This document shows positions 10,866 through 20,499 of a stretch of 32,000 bases of DNA, piece after piece (the stretch's first letter is position 1; each line of letters opens with the position of its first letter). Origin of the DNA: Pasteurella multocida (GTDB taxonomy: Bacteria > Pseudomonadota > Gammaproteobacteria > Enterobacterales > Pasteurellaceae). The translations under genes and the position numbers were made by a program. The stretch lies in NCBI RefSeq assembly GCF_900187275.1, contig NZ_LT906458.1, positions 2,040,001-2,072,000 on the forward strand, read 5' to 3'. The notes under the pieces are model-generated. The model was given only the letters and a program-made list of their open reading frames with translations. It was not told where the DNA came from and searched no databases.

Positions 10866-11912
10866 GTGAAAATAAAACACATTCTTAGTAGTATCATCAT
10901 TGGCTTTTGTTCACTATGTTTATTGGCTTGTCATAAATCCCCTGAAGTTGTGACGATCACGGGTAAGACCATGGGGACAACGTATAGTGTGAAATACATT
11001 GATGATGGTCAGATTAAGATTAAACCGATTGAGATGCACGGGCAAATTGAAGAGATTTTGAAAGAAGTGAACAATAAAATGTCCACTTACATTTCCACAT
11101 CTGAATTGAGTCAATTTAATCAAAATACACAAATTGATACACCCGTTGAAATTTCGGCTGATTTAGCCTTTGTCTTAAAAGAAGCGATTCGTTTACATGG
11201 CGTCACAGAAGGAGCATTGGATGTGACTGTGGGACCAATTGTGAATTTATGGGGGTTTGGACCTGAAAAGCGTCAACCGAATGAAACCTTAGAAGAACAA
11301 GTGGAAAAACGTCGCGCTTGGGTCGGGATTGAAAAAATGAAATTAACCGAACAAGGCGATAAGTTTTATCTCGCTAAGACAGTTCCCCAGTTATATATTG
11401 ACCTTTCTTCGATTGCCAAAGGGTTTGGTGTCGATAAAGTGGCTGCACATTTAGCTACAAAAGGCATTGCTAATTATTTGGTGGAAATTGGTGGTGAGAT
11501 TAACGCGAAAGGAAAAAATATTGAAGGCAAAGATTGGCAAATCGCGATTGAAAAGCCGAATTTTGATGGGAGCCGCGCGGTATCACAAATTATTGGGCTG
11601 AAAGATTTTTCTATGGCAACATCGGGTAATTATCGTAACTATTTTGAAGAAAATGGTCGCCGTTTCTCTCATGAAATCGATCCTAAAACCGGTTACCCGA
11701 TTGAACACCGATTGGCTTCAATCACTGTGTTAGCGGATTCCACTATGACCGCAGATGGATTATCGACAGGTCTTTATGTGCTCGGAGAAGAGAAAGCCTT
11801 AGAAGTCGCGGAAAAATATAATTTATTGGTGTATCTCATTAGCAAAACCGAAAAAGGGTTTGAGGCAAAAATGTCCTCTGCATTTGAGAAATTATTAAAT
11901 GAACAACATTAG
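10866..11912 (+). CDS. apbE: FAD:protein FMN transferase
   Basis: 348 aa lipoprotein; GTTYSVKY, DLSSIAKGFGVDKVA, HEIDPKTGYPI motifs; adjacent to nqr genes. Confidence 0.95.
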   Translation: MKIKHILSSIIIGFCSLCLLACHKSPEVVTITGKTMGTTYSVKYIDDGQIKIKPIEMHGQIEEILKEVNNKMSTYISTSELSQFNQNTQIDTPVEISADLAFVLKEAIRLHGVTEGALDVTVGPIVNLWGFGPEKRQPNETLEEQVEKRRAWVGIEKMKLTEQGDKFYLAKTVPQLYIDLSSIAKGFGVDKVAAHLATKGIANYLVEIGGEINAKGKNIEGKDWQIAIEKPNFDGSRAVSQIIGLKDFSMATSGNYRNYFEENGRRFSHEIDPKTGYPIEHRLASITVLADSTMTADGLSTGLYVLGEEKALEVAEKYNLLVYLISKTEKGFEAKMSSAFEKLLNEQH

Positions 11913-11921
11913 GATAAATCC

Positions 11922-12176
11922 ATGCAACTTTTTTTAATCACGTTTGGTATCTTTTTATTGATTATTGCAGGAATGGCGATTGGTTATATTATTCAGCGTA
12001 AAACGATAGCTGGGAGCTGTGGTGGCATTTCAGCATTAGGCTTGAAAAAAGTCTGTGACTGTGAAGAGCCTTGCGATAATCTCAAAGCAAAATTAGAGGC
12101 GGGCGATGAAGAAGCCCAGCAAGAATACAACGCCAAATTTGCTAAAAATGAACCGCACTTTTATGAAGTGAAGTAA
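11922..12176 (+). CDS. nqrM: Na+-NQR maturation protein NqrM
   Basis: 84 aa, one TM segment followed by a CGGISALGLKKVCDCEEPC cysteine cluster; follows apbE. Confidence 0.93.
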   Translation: MQLFLITFGIFLLIIAGMAIGYIIQRKTIAGSCGGISALGLKKVCDCEEPCDNLKAKLEAGDEEAQQEYNAKFAKNEPHFYEVK

Positions 12177-12220
12177 TCCATGTGAGTAGCAACATCGGGT
12201 GAAAGGTTCAATGAAACTTG

Positions 12221-12254
12221 GGGCTTTGTATCGGTAGCATAAGATACAAAGCCC
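12221..12254. other. Perfect 12-bp stem hairpin between nqrM and mnmA
   Basis: GGGCTTTGTATC GGTAGCATAA GATACAAAGCCC. Confidence 0.8.
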
Positions 12255-12307
12255 TTACCTCATCTTTTGTGGCGTGATCACGACACTAATCTAAATATGA
12301 AAGTAAT

Positions 12308-13459
12308 ATGAAATCAAAAACTTATGAAACGCATTTCCCGCCATTAAGTGCAGAGCAATTGGCGGAAAATCGCAAGAAAAAAGTCATCTGTGGCATGTCT
12401 GGCGGGGTGGATTCGTCTGTTTCTGCGTTTATTTTGCAACAACAAGGCTATCAAGTAGAAGGCTTGTTTATGAAGAACTGGGAAGAAGATGACGACACTG
12501 ATTATTGTACGGCGGCAGCCGATCTTGCCGATGCACAAGCGGTGTGCGATAAACTGGGCATCAAGTTACATAAAATTAATTTTGCCGCAGAATATTGGGA
12601 TAATGTCTTTGAGCATTTTTTACAAGAATACAAAGCCGGACGTACGCCAAATCCTGATATTTTGTGCAACAAAGAAATTAAATTCAAAGCGTTTCTAGAC
12701 TATGCCGCGGAAGATTTAGGGGCCGATTATATTGCAACGGGGCATTATGTGCGTCGTGGTGAGAAAGACGGGCAATGCCAGCTTTTACGTGGTTTAGATA
12801 ATAATAAAGACCAAAGTTATTTTTTATATACCTTGAGCAAAGATCAGGTGGCACAGAGCTTATTCCCTGTCGGCGAAATTGAAAAGCCGATTGTACGTGC
12901 TATTGCGGAAGATTTAGGTCTAGCCACCGCGAAGAAAAAAGATTCCACAGGGATTTGTTTCATTGGTGAACGCAAATTCAAAGATTTTTTAGCTCGTTAT
13001 TTACCTGCTCAGCCGGGTGAGATTAGAACGGTTGAGGGAAAAGTGGTGGGACGCCATGATGGCTTGATGTACCACACGTTAGGTCAACGTAAAGGGCTTG
13101 GCATTGGTGGAGTGAAAGGCATGGGCGAAGATCCGTTCTATGTAGTAGAAAAAGATTTGGTGAATAATGTGTTAGTCGTGGCACAAGGGCATGATAATTC
13201 TGCTTTATTGTCTTCAGGCTTAATCGCCAGCCAATTACATTGGGTAGATCGTCAACCGATTCGCCAGCCAGTCCGTTGCACGGTCAAAACCCGTTATCGT
13301 CAAGAGGATATTCCCTGCGAGATTCAACCGATTAACGATGAAACTATTCGGGTGGTGTTTGATGAACCACAAATTGCTGTGACGCCGGGACAATCTGCGG
13401 TTTTCTATCAAGGTGAGATCTGTCTTGGTGGTGGGGTTATTGAAACCCAAATCAAATAG
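12308..13459 (+). CDS. mnmA: tRNA-specific 2-thiouridylase MnmA
   Basis: 383 aa; [25 protein letters not shown]-loop, [23 protein letters not shown]. Confidence 0.97.
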   Translation: MKSKTYETHFPPLSAEQLAENRKKKVICGMSGGVDSSVSAFILQQQGYQVEGLFMKNWEEDDDTDYCTAAADLADAQAVCDKLGIKLHKINFAAEYWDNVFEHFLQEYKAGRTPNPDILCNKEIKFKAFLDYAAEDLGADYIATGHYVRRGEKDGQCQLLRGLDNNKDQSYFLYTLSKDQVAQSLFPVGEIEKPIVRAIAEDLGLATAKKKDSTGICFIGERKFKDFLARYLPAQPGEIRTVEGKVVGRHDGLMYHTLGQRKGLGIGGVKGMGEDPFYVVEKDLVNNVLVVAQGHDNSALLSSGLIASQLHWVDRQPIRQPVRCTVKTRYRQEDIPCEIQPINDETIRVVFDEPQIAVTPGQSAVFYQGEICLGGGVIETQIK

Positions 13460-13479
13460 GCGGAAAGGTTTTAGAATGT

Positions 13480-13515
13480 GCGGTTAACGTCTTTAAGATT
13501 TTAACCGCTTTTTTT
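13480..13515 (+). terminator. Intrinsic terminator after mnmA
   Basis: GCGGTTAA 13480-13487 ... TTAACCGC 13501-13508 followed by TTTTTTT. Confidence 0.8.
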
Positions 13516-13740
13516 ATGTGATTTGTTTTATGCTAGAGGAAAGATGAGAAGATGATCTTTCCTTTCGCTGTGCTTTCTCGCGACAGACTGCTATGATAAA
13601 TTGGATTGTCCCTGTTTTGAGCAGATGTATTGTTAAATATCATGACATGACGTCTATTATGTCTCGGTTAGCGAGGTAAATTGACTTGTCTTTTACCCTT
13701 CAATGGCATCACGCCTTATCCTTGATGAAAAGGAAACACT

Positions 13741-14322
13741 ATGGCACATCAACATCCGCATACAAGCAATCGTAGCGTATTAGCAATCAGTTTTGCGCTT
13801 GTTAGTGTATTTATGCTAGTGGAGTTTTTAAGTGGCTATTATTTTAAAAGCTTAGCACTCATTACAGACGCCGGGCATATGGCAAATGACAGTTTCGCCT
13901 TATTGGTTGCGTTGATTGCGCTTTATTTAAGTCCAAAGAATCAACGTCGTGTTGCTGTGTTGAATGGGTTTTCGTTGATCGTCGTTGCGCTATTTATTAT
14001 TTGGGAGGCAATTGAACGTTGGCAATCGCCGCAAATGATTCAATCGCTGCCAATGCTCGTTGTGGCCATATTAGGACTATGTGTAAACACCTTAGTGGCA
14101 TGGTTACTGCTGAAAGGTGATTTGCATAATTTAAATCTTCGCGCAGCATATTTGCATGTATTGGCGGATTTACTTGGCTCAATTGTGGCGATTGTCGCGG
14201 CATTAAGTATTTTCTTTTGGGGCTGGATATGGGTTGATACTGTAGCCAGTTTGATCCTGAGTTTATTTATTTTGAAAAGTGGTTATGCCGTGACAAAAGA
14301 GGCGATTTTGAATTTGGAATAA
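13741..14322 (+). CDS. Cation diffusion facilitator transporter, short form without C-terminal cytoplasmic domain
   Basis: 193 aa; His-rich N-term MAHQHPHT; HxxxD in DAGHMANDSF and HVLADLLGSI; ends right after the last TM segment. Confidence 0.88.
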   Translation: MAHQHPHTSNRSVLAISFALVSVFMLVEFLSGYYFKSLALITDAGHMANDSFALLVALIALYLSPKNQRRVAVLNGFSLIVVALFIIWEAIERWQSPQMIQSLPMLVVAILGLCVNTLVAWLLLKGDLHNLNLRAAYLHVLADLLGSIVAIVAALSIFFWGWIWVDTVASLILSLFILKSGYAVTKEAILNLE

Positions 14323-14368
14323 TAAAACAGGGCTCAACATCATACACTTTTTAAGCGCACATTTTCAT

Positions 14369-15661
14369 TCAACAAGACGATTGATTTGGCTGTACTTTTA
14401 AAAAAGGCAGTAGCAGTAACGCAATAGCAAATGCACAGCAAGAAATTACGACAAAAAAACCGGTCCAATGAAACGTTTGTGTGATGAGTGCCAGTGGGTA
14501 GCCAGCGAGGGCTGCCCCCAGATAAGCAAACAAGCCAACAAAACCCGTGGCGGTGCCTGCGGTTTTCTTGTGGGCACATTCCGCAGCAGCCATGCCGATT
14601 AACATTTGCGGACCAAACACAAAAAAGCCGACACAGAAAAATAAGCCAGATTGTAATAGCATGTTTTCTTTTGGCATCAGCCAAAGCGCGGTAATCGAAA
14701 AGAAAATGCCAATGGCAAACACCAATGCCATAGGTCCTCGATTGCTAGAAAACAGTTTATCTGATCCCCAACCGGCGACTAGTGATCCCACAAAACCACC
14801 GATTTCAAATAAAGAGAGTGCGCTGTTCGCACTGACTAAGTCATAGTGATAACGTTCACTTAGATAGAGATTACCCCAGTCATTAATGGCGGTCCGCACG
14901 AGATAGACCAATGCATAGCTCATTGCGAGTAGCCAAAGATATTTATTGTAGAACACATAATCACGCAAGATTTGTCGCCATGGTAAATCTTGTCCTTCCT
15001 TTTCTTGTGCTAATTCCAAAGGATCATGACGCCATTGTCCAATACTAGGCAACCCCATTGCATCTGGTGTGCTAGGTAAACGCCACAGTAAAAATACACT
15101 GATGAGTATGACGATTATGCCTGCTACAATAAAGCCGTGTCGCCAGCTGTAATGTAAAGTGAGATAGCCAACAATTAGCGGAATTAAGGCGCCTCCCACA
15201 TTGTGCGCAGTATTCCAAATAGACCACCATAAACCTCGCTCGCTACGGGAATACCACGTAGTGAGATATTTAGAACACGCAGGCCAGCCCCACCCCTGAA
15301 ACCACGCATTGATGACCCATAGGCAAGTGAACAGAAACACGGAACTGGATAAACCGAATAAAATATTCGTGATCCCTGTCATCATCAAGCCGATAGCCAT
15401 AATGTAACGGGGGTTGGCTTGATCAGAAAAAAGTCCAGAGAAAAATTTGGATAAACCATAGGTGAGATAAAACAAAGTTGCCATGAGTCCAATGGCATTT
15501 TTATCCATAGCCAAATCGCTGATTAAGGCGGGCATGGCATAATTCAAGCTTTTACGGCTGAGGTAAAAACCGGCATAGCCTACGTACATGGCAATCATTA
15601 AGTGAATGCGCCAGTAGCGATAAGTGCGGTCAATTTGCGAAAAGTTTTGTATTGGCATCAT
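14369..15661 (-). CDS. uhpC: Sugar-phosphate sensor / MFS family protein UhpC
   Basis: 430 aa; YAGFYLSRKSLNYAMPALISD, WFQGWGWPACSKYLTTWYSRSERG; last gene of uhpABC; start 15661 or 15658, 1-nt overlap with uhpB stop. Confidence 0.92.
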   Translation of the reverse strand: MMPIQNFSQIDRTYRYWRIHLMIAMYVGYAGFYLSRKSLNYAMPALISDLAMDKNAIGLMATLFYLTYGLSKFFSGLFSDQANPRYIMAIGLMMTGITNILFGLSSSVFLFTCLWVINAWFQGWGWPACSKYLTTWYSRSERGLWWSIWNTAHNVGGALIPLIVGYLTLHYSWRHGFIVAGIIVILISVFLLWRLPSTPDAMGLPSIGQWRHDPLELAQEKEGQDLPWRQILRDYVFYNKYLWLLAMSYALVYLVRTAINDWGNLYLSERYHYDLVSANSALSLFEIGGFVGSLVAGWGSDKLFSSNRGPMALVFAIGIFFSITALWLMPKENMLLQSGLFFCVGFFVFGPQMLIGMAAAECAHKKTAGTATGFVGLFAYLGAALAGYPLALITQTFHWTGFFVVISCCAFAIALLLLPFLKVQPNQSSC

Positions 15662-17226
15662 TAAAATCGAGGGAGAGTGATCACAAGGGAAGTGCCTTGT
15701 GTCAAAGGTTGAATTGAAGAGGAACGCATGTTCGCCGTGCTTGAGGAGAGCTGAAATTCGCCACCGAGTAAGGCAACCCGTTCTTGCATACCACGTAGCC
15801 CTAATCCTGTCACTGGCTGATGAATATCAAAGCCTTTGCCATTATCTTGAATCGATAAGATGACCTGCTGGTCAATGTGGATCGCGATGTGAATTTGACT
15901 GGCTTGTGCATGCTTGATGATGTTGTTTAAGGCTTCTTGGTAGAGGCGGTAAAGGGTGATTTCTAAGCGCGGATCGAGGTGCAATTGTTGAGGATTATGC
16001 CAGTCAAACTGACAGTGTATGTGCTGTTGCGTTAAACCTAATTCGTCTAATACATTTTGGAGGACTTGTGGTAATGGTAAGTCATCTAATACGCGAGGAC
16101 GTAAGCGGTTTAATAGTCCTTTGACCGTATCGTAAATATTGAGTGATAAGTGTTCGATCATATTGGCATTGTTCTGTTCTTGCGGGTGTGGATTGAGCCG
16201 TTTCAGAATACTGGCTTGGGTGCGAATAGCGGTAATGTTTTGCCCGATTTGATCGTGTAATTCACGGGCAATTTCTTGGCGAATGCTTTCTTCACTGCTG
16301 ATCAATTGCTGTGTTAAAGCGCGGTTACGCATGAGCTCCATGCCTAAATGCTGATTGAGTTCGCGTTGATGTTGAATAGCGAGTCCTAGAAAAATTCCTG
16401 TTATGGTTTGTGCACACAGAGATAGGAGTAAATCAGACAGATCTAAATGGGAGAAGTGCTGTGTGGAAGCAATTAATGCCACACTATTGATTAGTGAGCC
16501 GAGTAAGGCGCCCTGCCAGCCATAATAATAGGCTAATAAAATAATCGGAATCGCTAAAAAGAACAGGCTAAAGCGGTTAAACTCATCGGGCAGATAGGTT
16601 TGGATCAGAATGTTTAAGATTAATAACAGTGTATAAACCACAATGTGTTTGCTGCGCAGGGCGATCGGGTGATGAATAAAGCTGGCAGTAAGTGGAATCC
16701 ACTGGCGTGCAAATAAGAAATCTTGTAATAAATAACACATCGGCAACAACAATAACGCACCAGTAAAACTGACTAGCATCGTGTAAGCAAAAGGGGCATC
16801 CAAACAAACAAGCACCAATCCATTGAGCACGCTGATACTCAATGCCAGTATGCCTTGTAGGCGTAATTTGGAGCGTTGTTTGCCTTGATAATAGGATTGG
16901 CTAAATAACACGATGGGAAAACTGACCGCACTTAATAAGAGTAAGGGCAAGTAAGCTGCGCTGTGTTCTGCCCAAGAAACCAACAGGAGCACGCTGATTT
17001 CGGCCAACAGTGGAGCCAACCACAATGTGGGGCGAAGATGCAGACAAAGTCCAAGCCGCAATGCAAAAGGCAAAAAGAGAAAGGCTAAGCGCGAGTCATG
17101 TAACAAATAATCTGCCACGCCCCATAAGCAGAAATAGGAACAGGTGAGCAGAAACCAACTGTAAATGAAGGTGAACAACTTGTTCAAGTTAATATGTTTT
17201 ATGAAAGAAATTCGTGAGTTCCACAT
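15661..17226 (-). CDS. uhpB: Signal transduction histidine-protein kinase UhpB
   Basis: 521 aa; MASE1-like membrane region; IRQEIARELHDQIGQNITAIRTQ H-box; GKGFDIHQPVTGLGLRGMQERV ATPase motif. Confidence 0.92.
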   Translation of the reverse strand: MWNSRISFIKHINLNKLFTFIYSWFLLTCSYFCLWGVADYLLHDSRLAFLFLPFALRLGLCLHLRPTLWLAPLLAEISVLLLVSWAEHSAAYLPLLLLSAVSFPIVLFSQSYYQGKQRSKLRLQGILALSISVLNGLVLVCLDAPFAYTMLVSFTGALLLLPMCYLLQDFLFARQWIPLTASFIHHPIALRSKHIVVYTLLLILNILIQTYLPDEFNRFSLFFLAIPIILLAYYYGWQGALLGSLINSVALIASTQHFSHLDLSDLLLSLCAQTITGIFLGLAIQHQRELNQHLGMELMRNRALTQQLISSEESIRQEIARELHDQIGQNITAIRTQASILKRLNPHPQEQNNANMIEHLSLNIYDTVKGLLNRLRPRVLDDLPLPQVLQNVLDELGLTQQHIHCQFDWHNPQQLHLDPRLEITLYRLYQEALNNIIKHAQASQIHIAIHIDQQVILSIQDNGKGFDIHQPVTGLGLRGMQERVALLGGEFQLSSSTANMRSSSIQPLTQGTSLVITLPRF

Positions 17227-17788
17227 TATTTTTTAGGTTGAGCTTACTCATGGCATTAGCACGATGCACGTGCACTGTTTTAAAGCTTACATTCAGCTGT
17301 TGAGCAATCTCTTTTGCATCTAAGCCGGTTGTTAATAATTCACATACTTCCATTTCTCTTCGTGTGAGCTGTTGGGTATAAGAGGCGGTAGGATTAAGCA
17401 GTTTTGAAGTCAGTTCAGGCATTAAGTAAAGCCCACCGGCAAATACGGCATGTACGGCTTGAATCAGTTCATCAGGGTGGCAACGTTTACTTAAATAGCC
17501 TTTGGCACCCAATTCCAAGGCTTTACGTACCATGATATCGGAATCGTTCACGCTGAGCATAATACAGTGGATACCCGAGGGAATGTCTTTGAGCAATGCT
17601 AAGCCGGTTTCATCAGGCATTGAAATGTCAATAATACACACATCAGGACGCACACTGGGCAGATGTTGGCGTGCTTCTTTAGCAGAACTAAATTCACCGA
17701 CAACGTGAAGATCATTTTCTAACGCAAGCAATTGAGCAAAGCCTGAGCGGACAATGATATGATCATCAATCAACGCTACTTTAATCAT
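17189..17788 (-). CDS. uhpA: Response regulator UhpA (NarL/LuxR family)
   Basis: Internal Met at 17788 gives MIKVALIDDHIIVRSGFAQLLALE...; C-term TRREMEVCELLTTGLDAKEIAQQLNVSFKTVHVHRANAMSKL. Confidence 0.93.
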   Translation of the reverse strand: MIKVALIDDHIIVRSGFAQLLALENDLHVVGEFSSAKEARQHLPSVRPDVCIIDISMPDETGLALLKDIPSGIHCIMLSVNDSDIMVRKALELGAKGYLSKRCHPDELIQAVHAVFAGGLYLMPELTSKLLNPTASYTQQLTRREMEVCELLTTGLDAKEIAQQLNVSFKTVHVHRANAMSKLNLKNNVELTNFFHKTY

Positions 17789-17807
17789 CTTTATTATCCT
17801 CAAAAAT

Positions 17808-17838
17808 GAAAAAGTGCGGTCAATTTAACCGCACTTTT
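17808..17838 (-). terminator. Intrinsic terminator between uhpT and uhpA made of an inverted uptake-sequence pair
   Basis: Minus strand AAAAGTGCGGTTAAATTGACCGCACTTTTT; AAGTGCGGT 17812-17820 / ACCGCACTT 17828-17836. Confidence 0.75.
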
Positions 17839-17858
17839 GTGTCATGTTATTTACCTGT

Positions 17859-19238
17859 TTATCTGGCTTGAGCCTTTATTTTACGGATTTTCTTCTCTTC
17901 TGCAATGGCAACAAAGGCAAGTAATACCATGCAAACGATTGCAGAGATATTGAGTGCGGCAAAAGTGCCTGCCCAACCCGTTAAACCAAAGATTGGTGTA
18001 CCGTCTGCAATCATGCCTAAGCCTAATTTAGCGAAGCTATCACCGATAAGGTAAGCAAAAGTGCCTTTTACACCATCTGCCACACTAATGGCTTTTTTCG
18101 GTACAAAGCCCACAGCTGCCACCCCAATTAATAATTGTGGACCAAACACCAAGAAACCTAATACAAACAAGGCACATAAATACATGACTTCGTTAGTAGC
18201 GAATTGATAAAATTCTAAAGTAAAGACAATCAGAATTAACGCCACACAAGCGGTTAAGCCACGGCGACCATTGGCTAAATCGGATAAATAGCCCCATAAG
18301 AATGTACCAACTAATGCCCCTACTTCAAATAAGGCAAAACCTGAAATCGCAGCGTCTTTAGAAAAGCCTAATTCTTGGTAAGCATAAACCGGTGACCATT
18401 GGTCGATCCCAATCCGCACGATATACAGGAAAATATTGGCAAAACATAACAGCCAAATCACCTTATTTTTCAAAATATACTGTACGAAAGTTTGCCATTT
18501 GGTTAATTGATTTTGTTCAGTCGCTAAATCTTCTTCACTTAATGGCTCACCAAATAATTCTTCTGCTTTTCCTAAACCATAAGCTTCTGGTGAATCACTA
18601 CCATAACGCAAGCCCCAGAAACCAATAATTAAGGCAATGATTGACGGGAACACGAACATCCCGATCACATGCCCATTAAAGAACACATTGGCGCCGAATA
18701 AGGCAACAGCCGCCGCGGCAGCCCCACCCACATTGTGAGATAAATTCCAAAAACCTAAATAGGTGCCGCGTTTATTACGTGGAGTCCATTTAGTGATAGT
18801 GGAGTAGCTTGAAGGACCACCTGTACTTTGGAAAAAACCGCTTAACGCATAAAAGGCGATCATTAAGAATAAACTGACACTGCCACCACCCATACTGGCA
18901 CTAAAACCGAGCATACAAATGGCAGATAAAATCAGCATAAACGGTACGAATTGTTTCGTGTTTTTGCCATCCGCATAATAAGAGACTAACGTTTTGCCGA
19001 CACCGTAAGTAATGGAAAAGCCTAAGCCAATCATACCGAGCTGGGTTTTGCTTAATCCATAGGTTTCGATTAAATCATTTTGTGCGATGTTGAAATTTTT
19101 GCGAATTAAATACATCGCCATATAACCGATGAATACCACCAAATAAGATTGCATAAAGGGTTTAAACCACAGTTTACGACGTTCTTCCACTGGCAGTTCC
19201 AGTGTCGGTTTTCTAACTTCTTGTAAAAAGCTAAGCAT
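17859..19238 (-). CDS. uhpT: Hexose-6-phosphate:phosphate antiporter UhpT
   Basis: 459 aa MFS; [50 protein letters not shown]... Confidence 0.95.
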   Translation of the reverse strand: MLSFLQEVRKPTLELPVEERRKLWFKPFMQSYLVVFIGYMAMYLIRKNFNIAQNDLIETYGLSKTQLGMIGLGFSITYGVGKTLVSYYADGKNTKQFVPFMLILSAICMLGFSASMGGGSVSLFLMIAFYALSGFFQSTGGPSSYSTITKWTPRNKRGTYLGFWNLSHNVGGAAAAAVALFGANVFFNGHVIGMFVFPSIIALIIGFWGLRYGSDSPEAYGLGKAEELFGEPLSEEDLATEQNQLTKWQTFVQYILKNKVIWLLCFANIFLYIVRIGIDQWSPVYAYQELGFSKDAAISGFALFEVGALVGTFLWGYLSDLANGRRGLTACVALILIVFTLEFYQFATNEVMYLCALFVLGFLVFGPQLLIGVAAVGFVPKKAISVADGVKGTFAYLIGDSFAKLGLGMIADGTPIFGLTGWAGTFAALNISAIVCMVLLAFVAIAEEKKIRKIKAQAR

Positions 19239-19272
19239 GTTTTACCTCATTAAATAAAAAAATATTGTTGTC

Positions 19273-19278
19273 ACTATA
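19273..19278 (-). promoter_or_regulatory. Candidate uhpT -10 box (TATAGT on minus strand)
   Basis: ACTATA on plus; spacing to the CRP site gives -103.5. Confidence 0.5.
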
Positions 19279-19361
19279 AGAAAATCACGTTCTGCTGGCG
19301 TGAGAAGATGCTTTAATTGATCTAGGAATAATCCTTAGTTTTTGCGAAAGTAAGGTTTTTT

Positions 19362-19377
19362 TGTGAGATAGATCACA
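19362..19377. promoter_or_regulatory. CRP-type site upstream of uhpT
   Basis: TGTGA-GATAGA-TCACA, perfect half-sites. Confidence 0.8.
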
Positions 19378-19516
19378 AAAGTGCCGTGCTAGGAAAGCCG
19401 ATTTTCAGTTGGCACTTGGTTATGTGAGCAATGGGTTATGGTGTTTGGTGAGGAAATAGTATGAGTCGAGTTGGCATACTCGAAGTGCGGTTGCTGTTTT
19501 ATACGTTTAGTTAGGC

Positions 19517-19545
19517 AAAAAAATAGCGCCCAACGTTGGACGCTA
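19517..19545 (-). terminator. Intrinsic terminator after hldD
   Basis: Minus strand TAGCGTCCAACGTTGGGCGCTA followed by TTTTTTT. Confidence 0.8.
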
Positions 19546-19566
19546 TGTGATGAAGCCGCTTATTTA

Positions 19567-20499
19567 TTATTTACGGTTTAACCATGCCATATATTCTGCT
19601 ACACCCTGTGCGACCGTTTTAAACGGTTTGTCATAGCCAGTGGCGCGTAATTTATCTAAATTGGCTTGTGTGTATTCTTGGTAACGGCTTTTTAAATGTT
19701 CTGGGAATGGAATGATTTCAATATCTGCTTCCGTTTTACCATGGAACTTCACGACGGCTTTTGCTACTTCAAGGAAAGATTCCGCATTTCCTGTTCCTAA
19801 GTTATAGATGCCAGAAATGTTGTTTTGCCAACACCAAATATTCACAGCAGCCACATCGCCCACATACACAAAGTCACGGCGGAAATGTTCACTGCCTGCA
19901 AATAATTTTGGTTTTTCCCCTTTTAAGATTTGGTTATTTAAGTGGAATGCCACGCTTGCCATCGCGCCTTTGTGATTCTCACGTGGACCGTACACGTTGA
20001 AATAACGGAAGCCACAAACAGGTGAGTTAGCTTCTGGTAAAATGGCACGTACATATTGATCAAATAAGAATTTGGAATAGCCGTAAACATTTAATGGTGC
20101 TTCAAATTCGCGTTCTTCACGGAATTCAGTTTTATCACCATAAGTTGCTGCAGATGAAGCATAAAAGAACGGAATTTCACGATCTAAACAATAATGCAAT
20201 AACTCTTTGGAATATTCATAGTTATTGTGCATGATGTACTTGCCGTCCCATTCGGTAGTAGCAGAACAGGCGCCTTCGTGGAAAATGACTTCAATATCCC
20301 CTAAATCATCACCAGCGATGATCGAGGCAATAAAATCTTCTTTGTCACAATAATCTGCAATATCCAAATCCACTAAATTAGCGAACTTTGTACCATCTTT
20401 TAAATTATCTACCACTAAAATATCCGTACGCCCTAATTCGTTTAAGGCTTTTACAATGTTACTTCCAATAAAGCCAGCACCGCCAGTTACGATAATCAT
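19567..20499 (-). CDS. hldD: ADP-L-glycero-D-manno-heptose-6-epimerase
   Basis: Start set at [21 protein letters not shown] (ATG 20499), not the ORF-track Met at 20646; YxxxK (YGYSKFLFD) and [11 protein letters not shown] motifs. Confidence 0.95.

Noticed and set aside
14488-14846. Overlapping plus-strand ORFs opposite uhpC
   Set aside because: Antisense frames fully inside the strongly supported uhpC gene.
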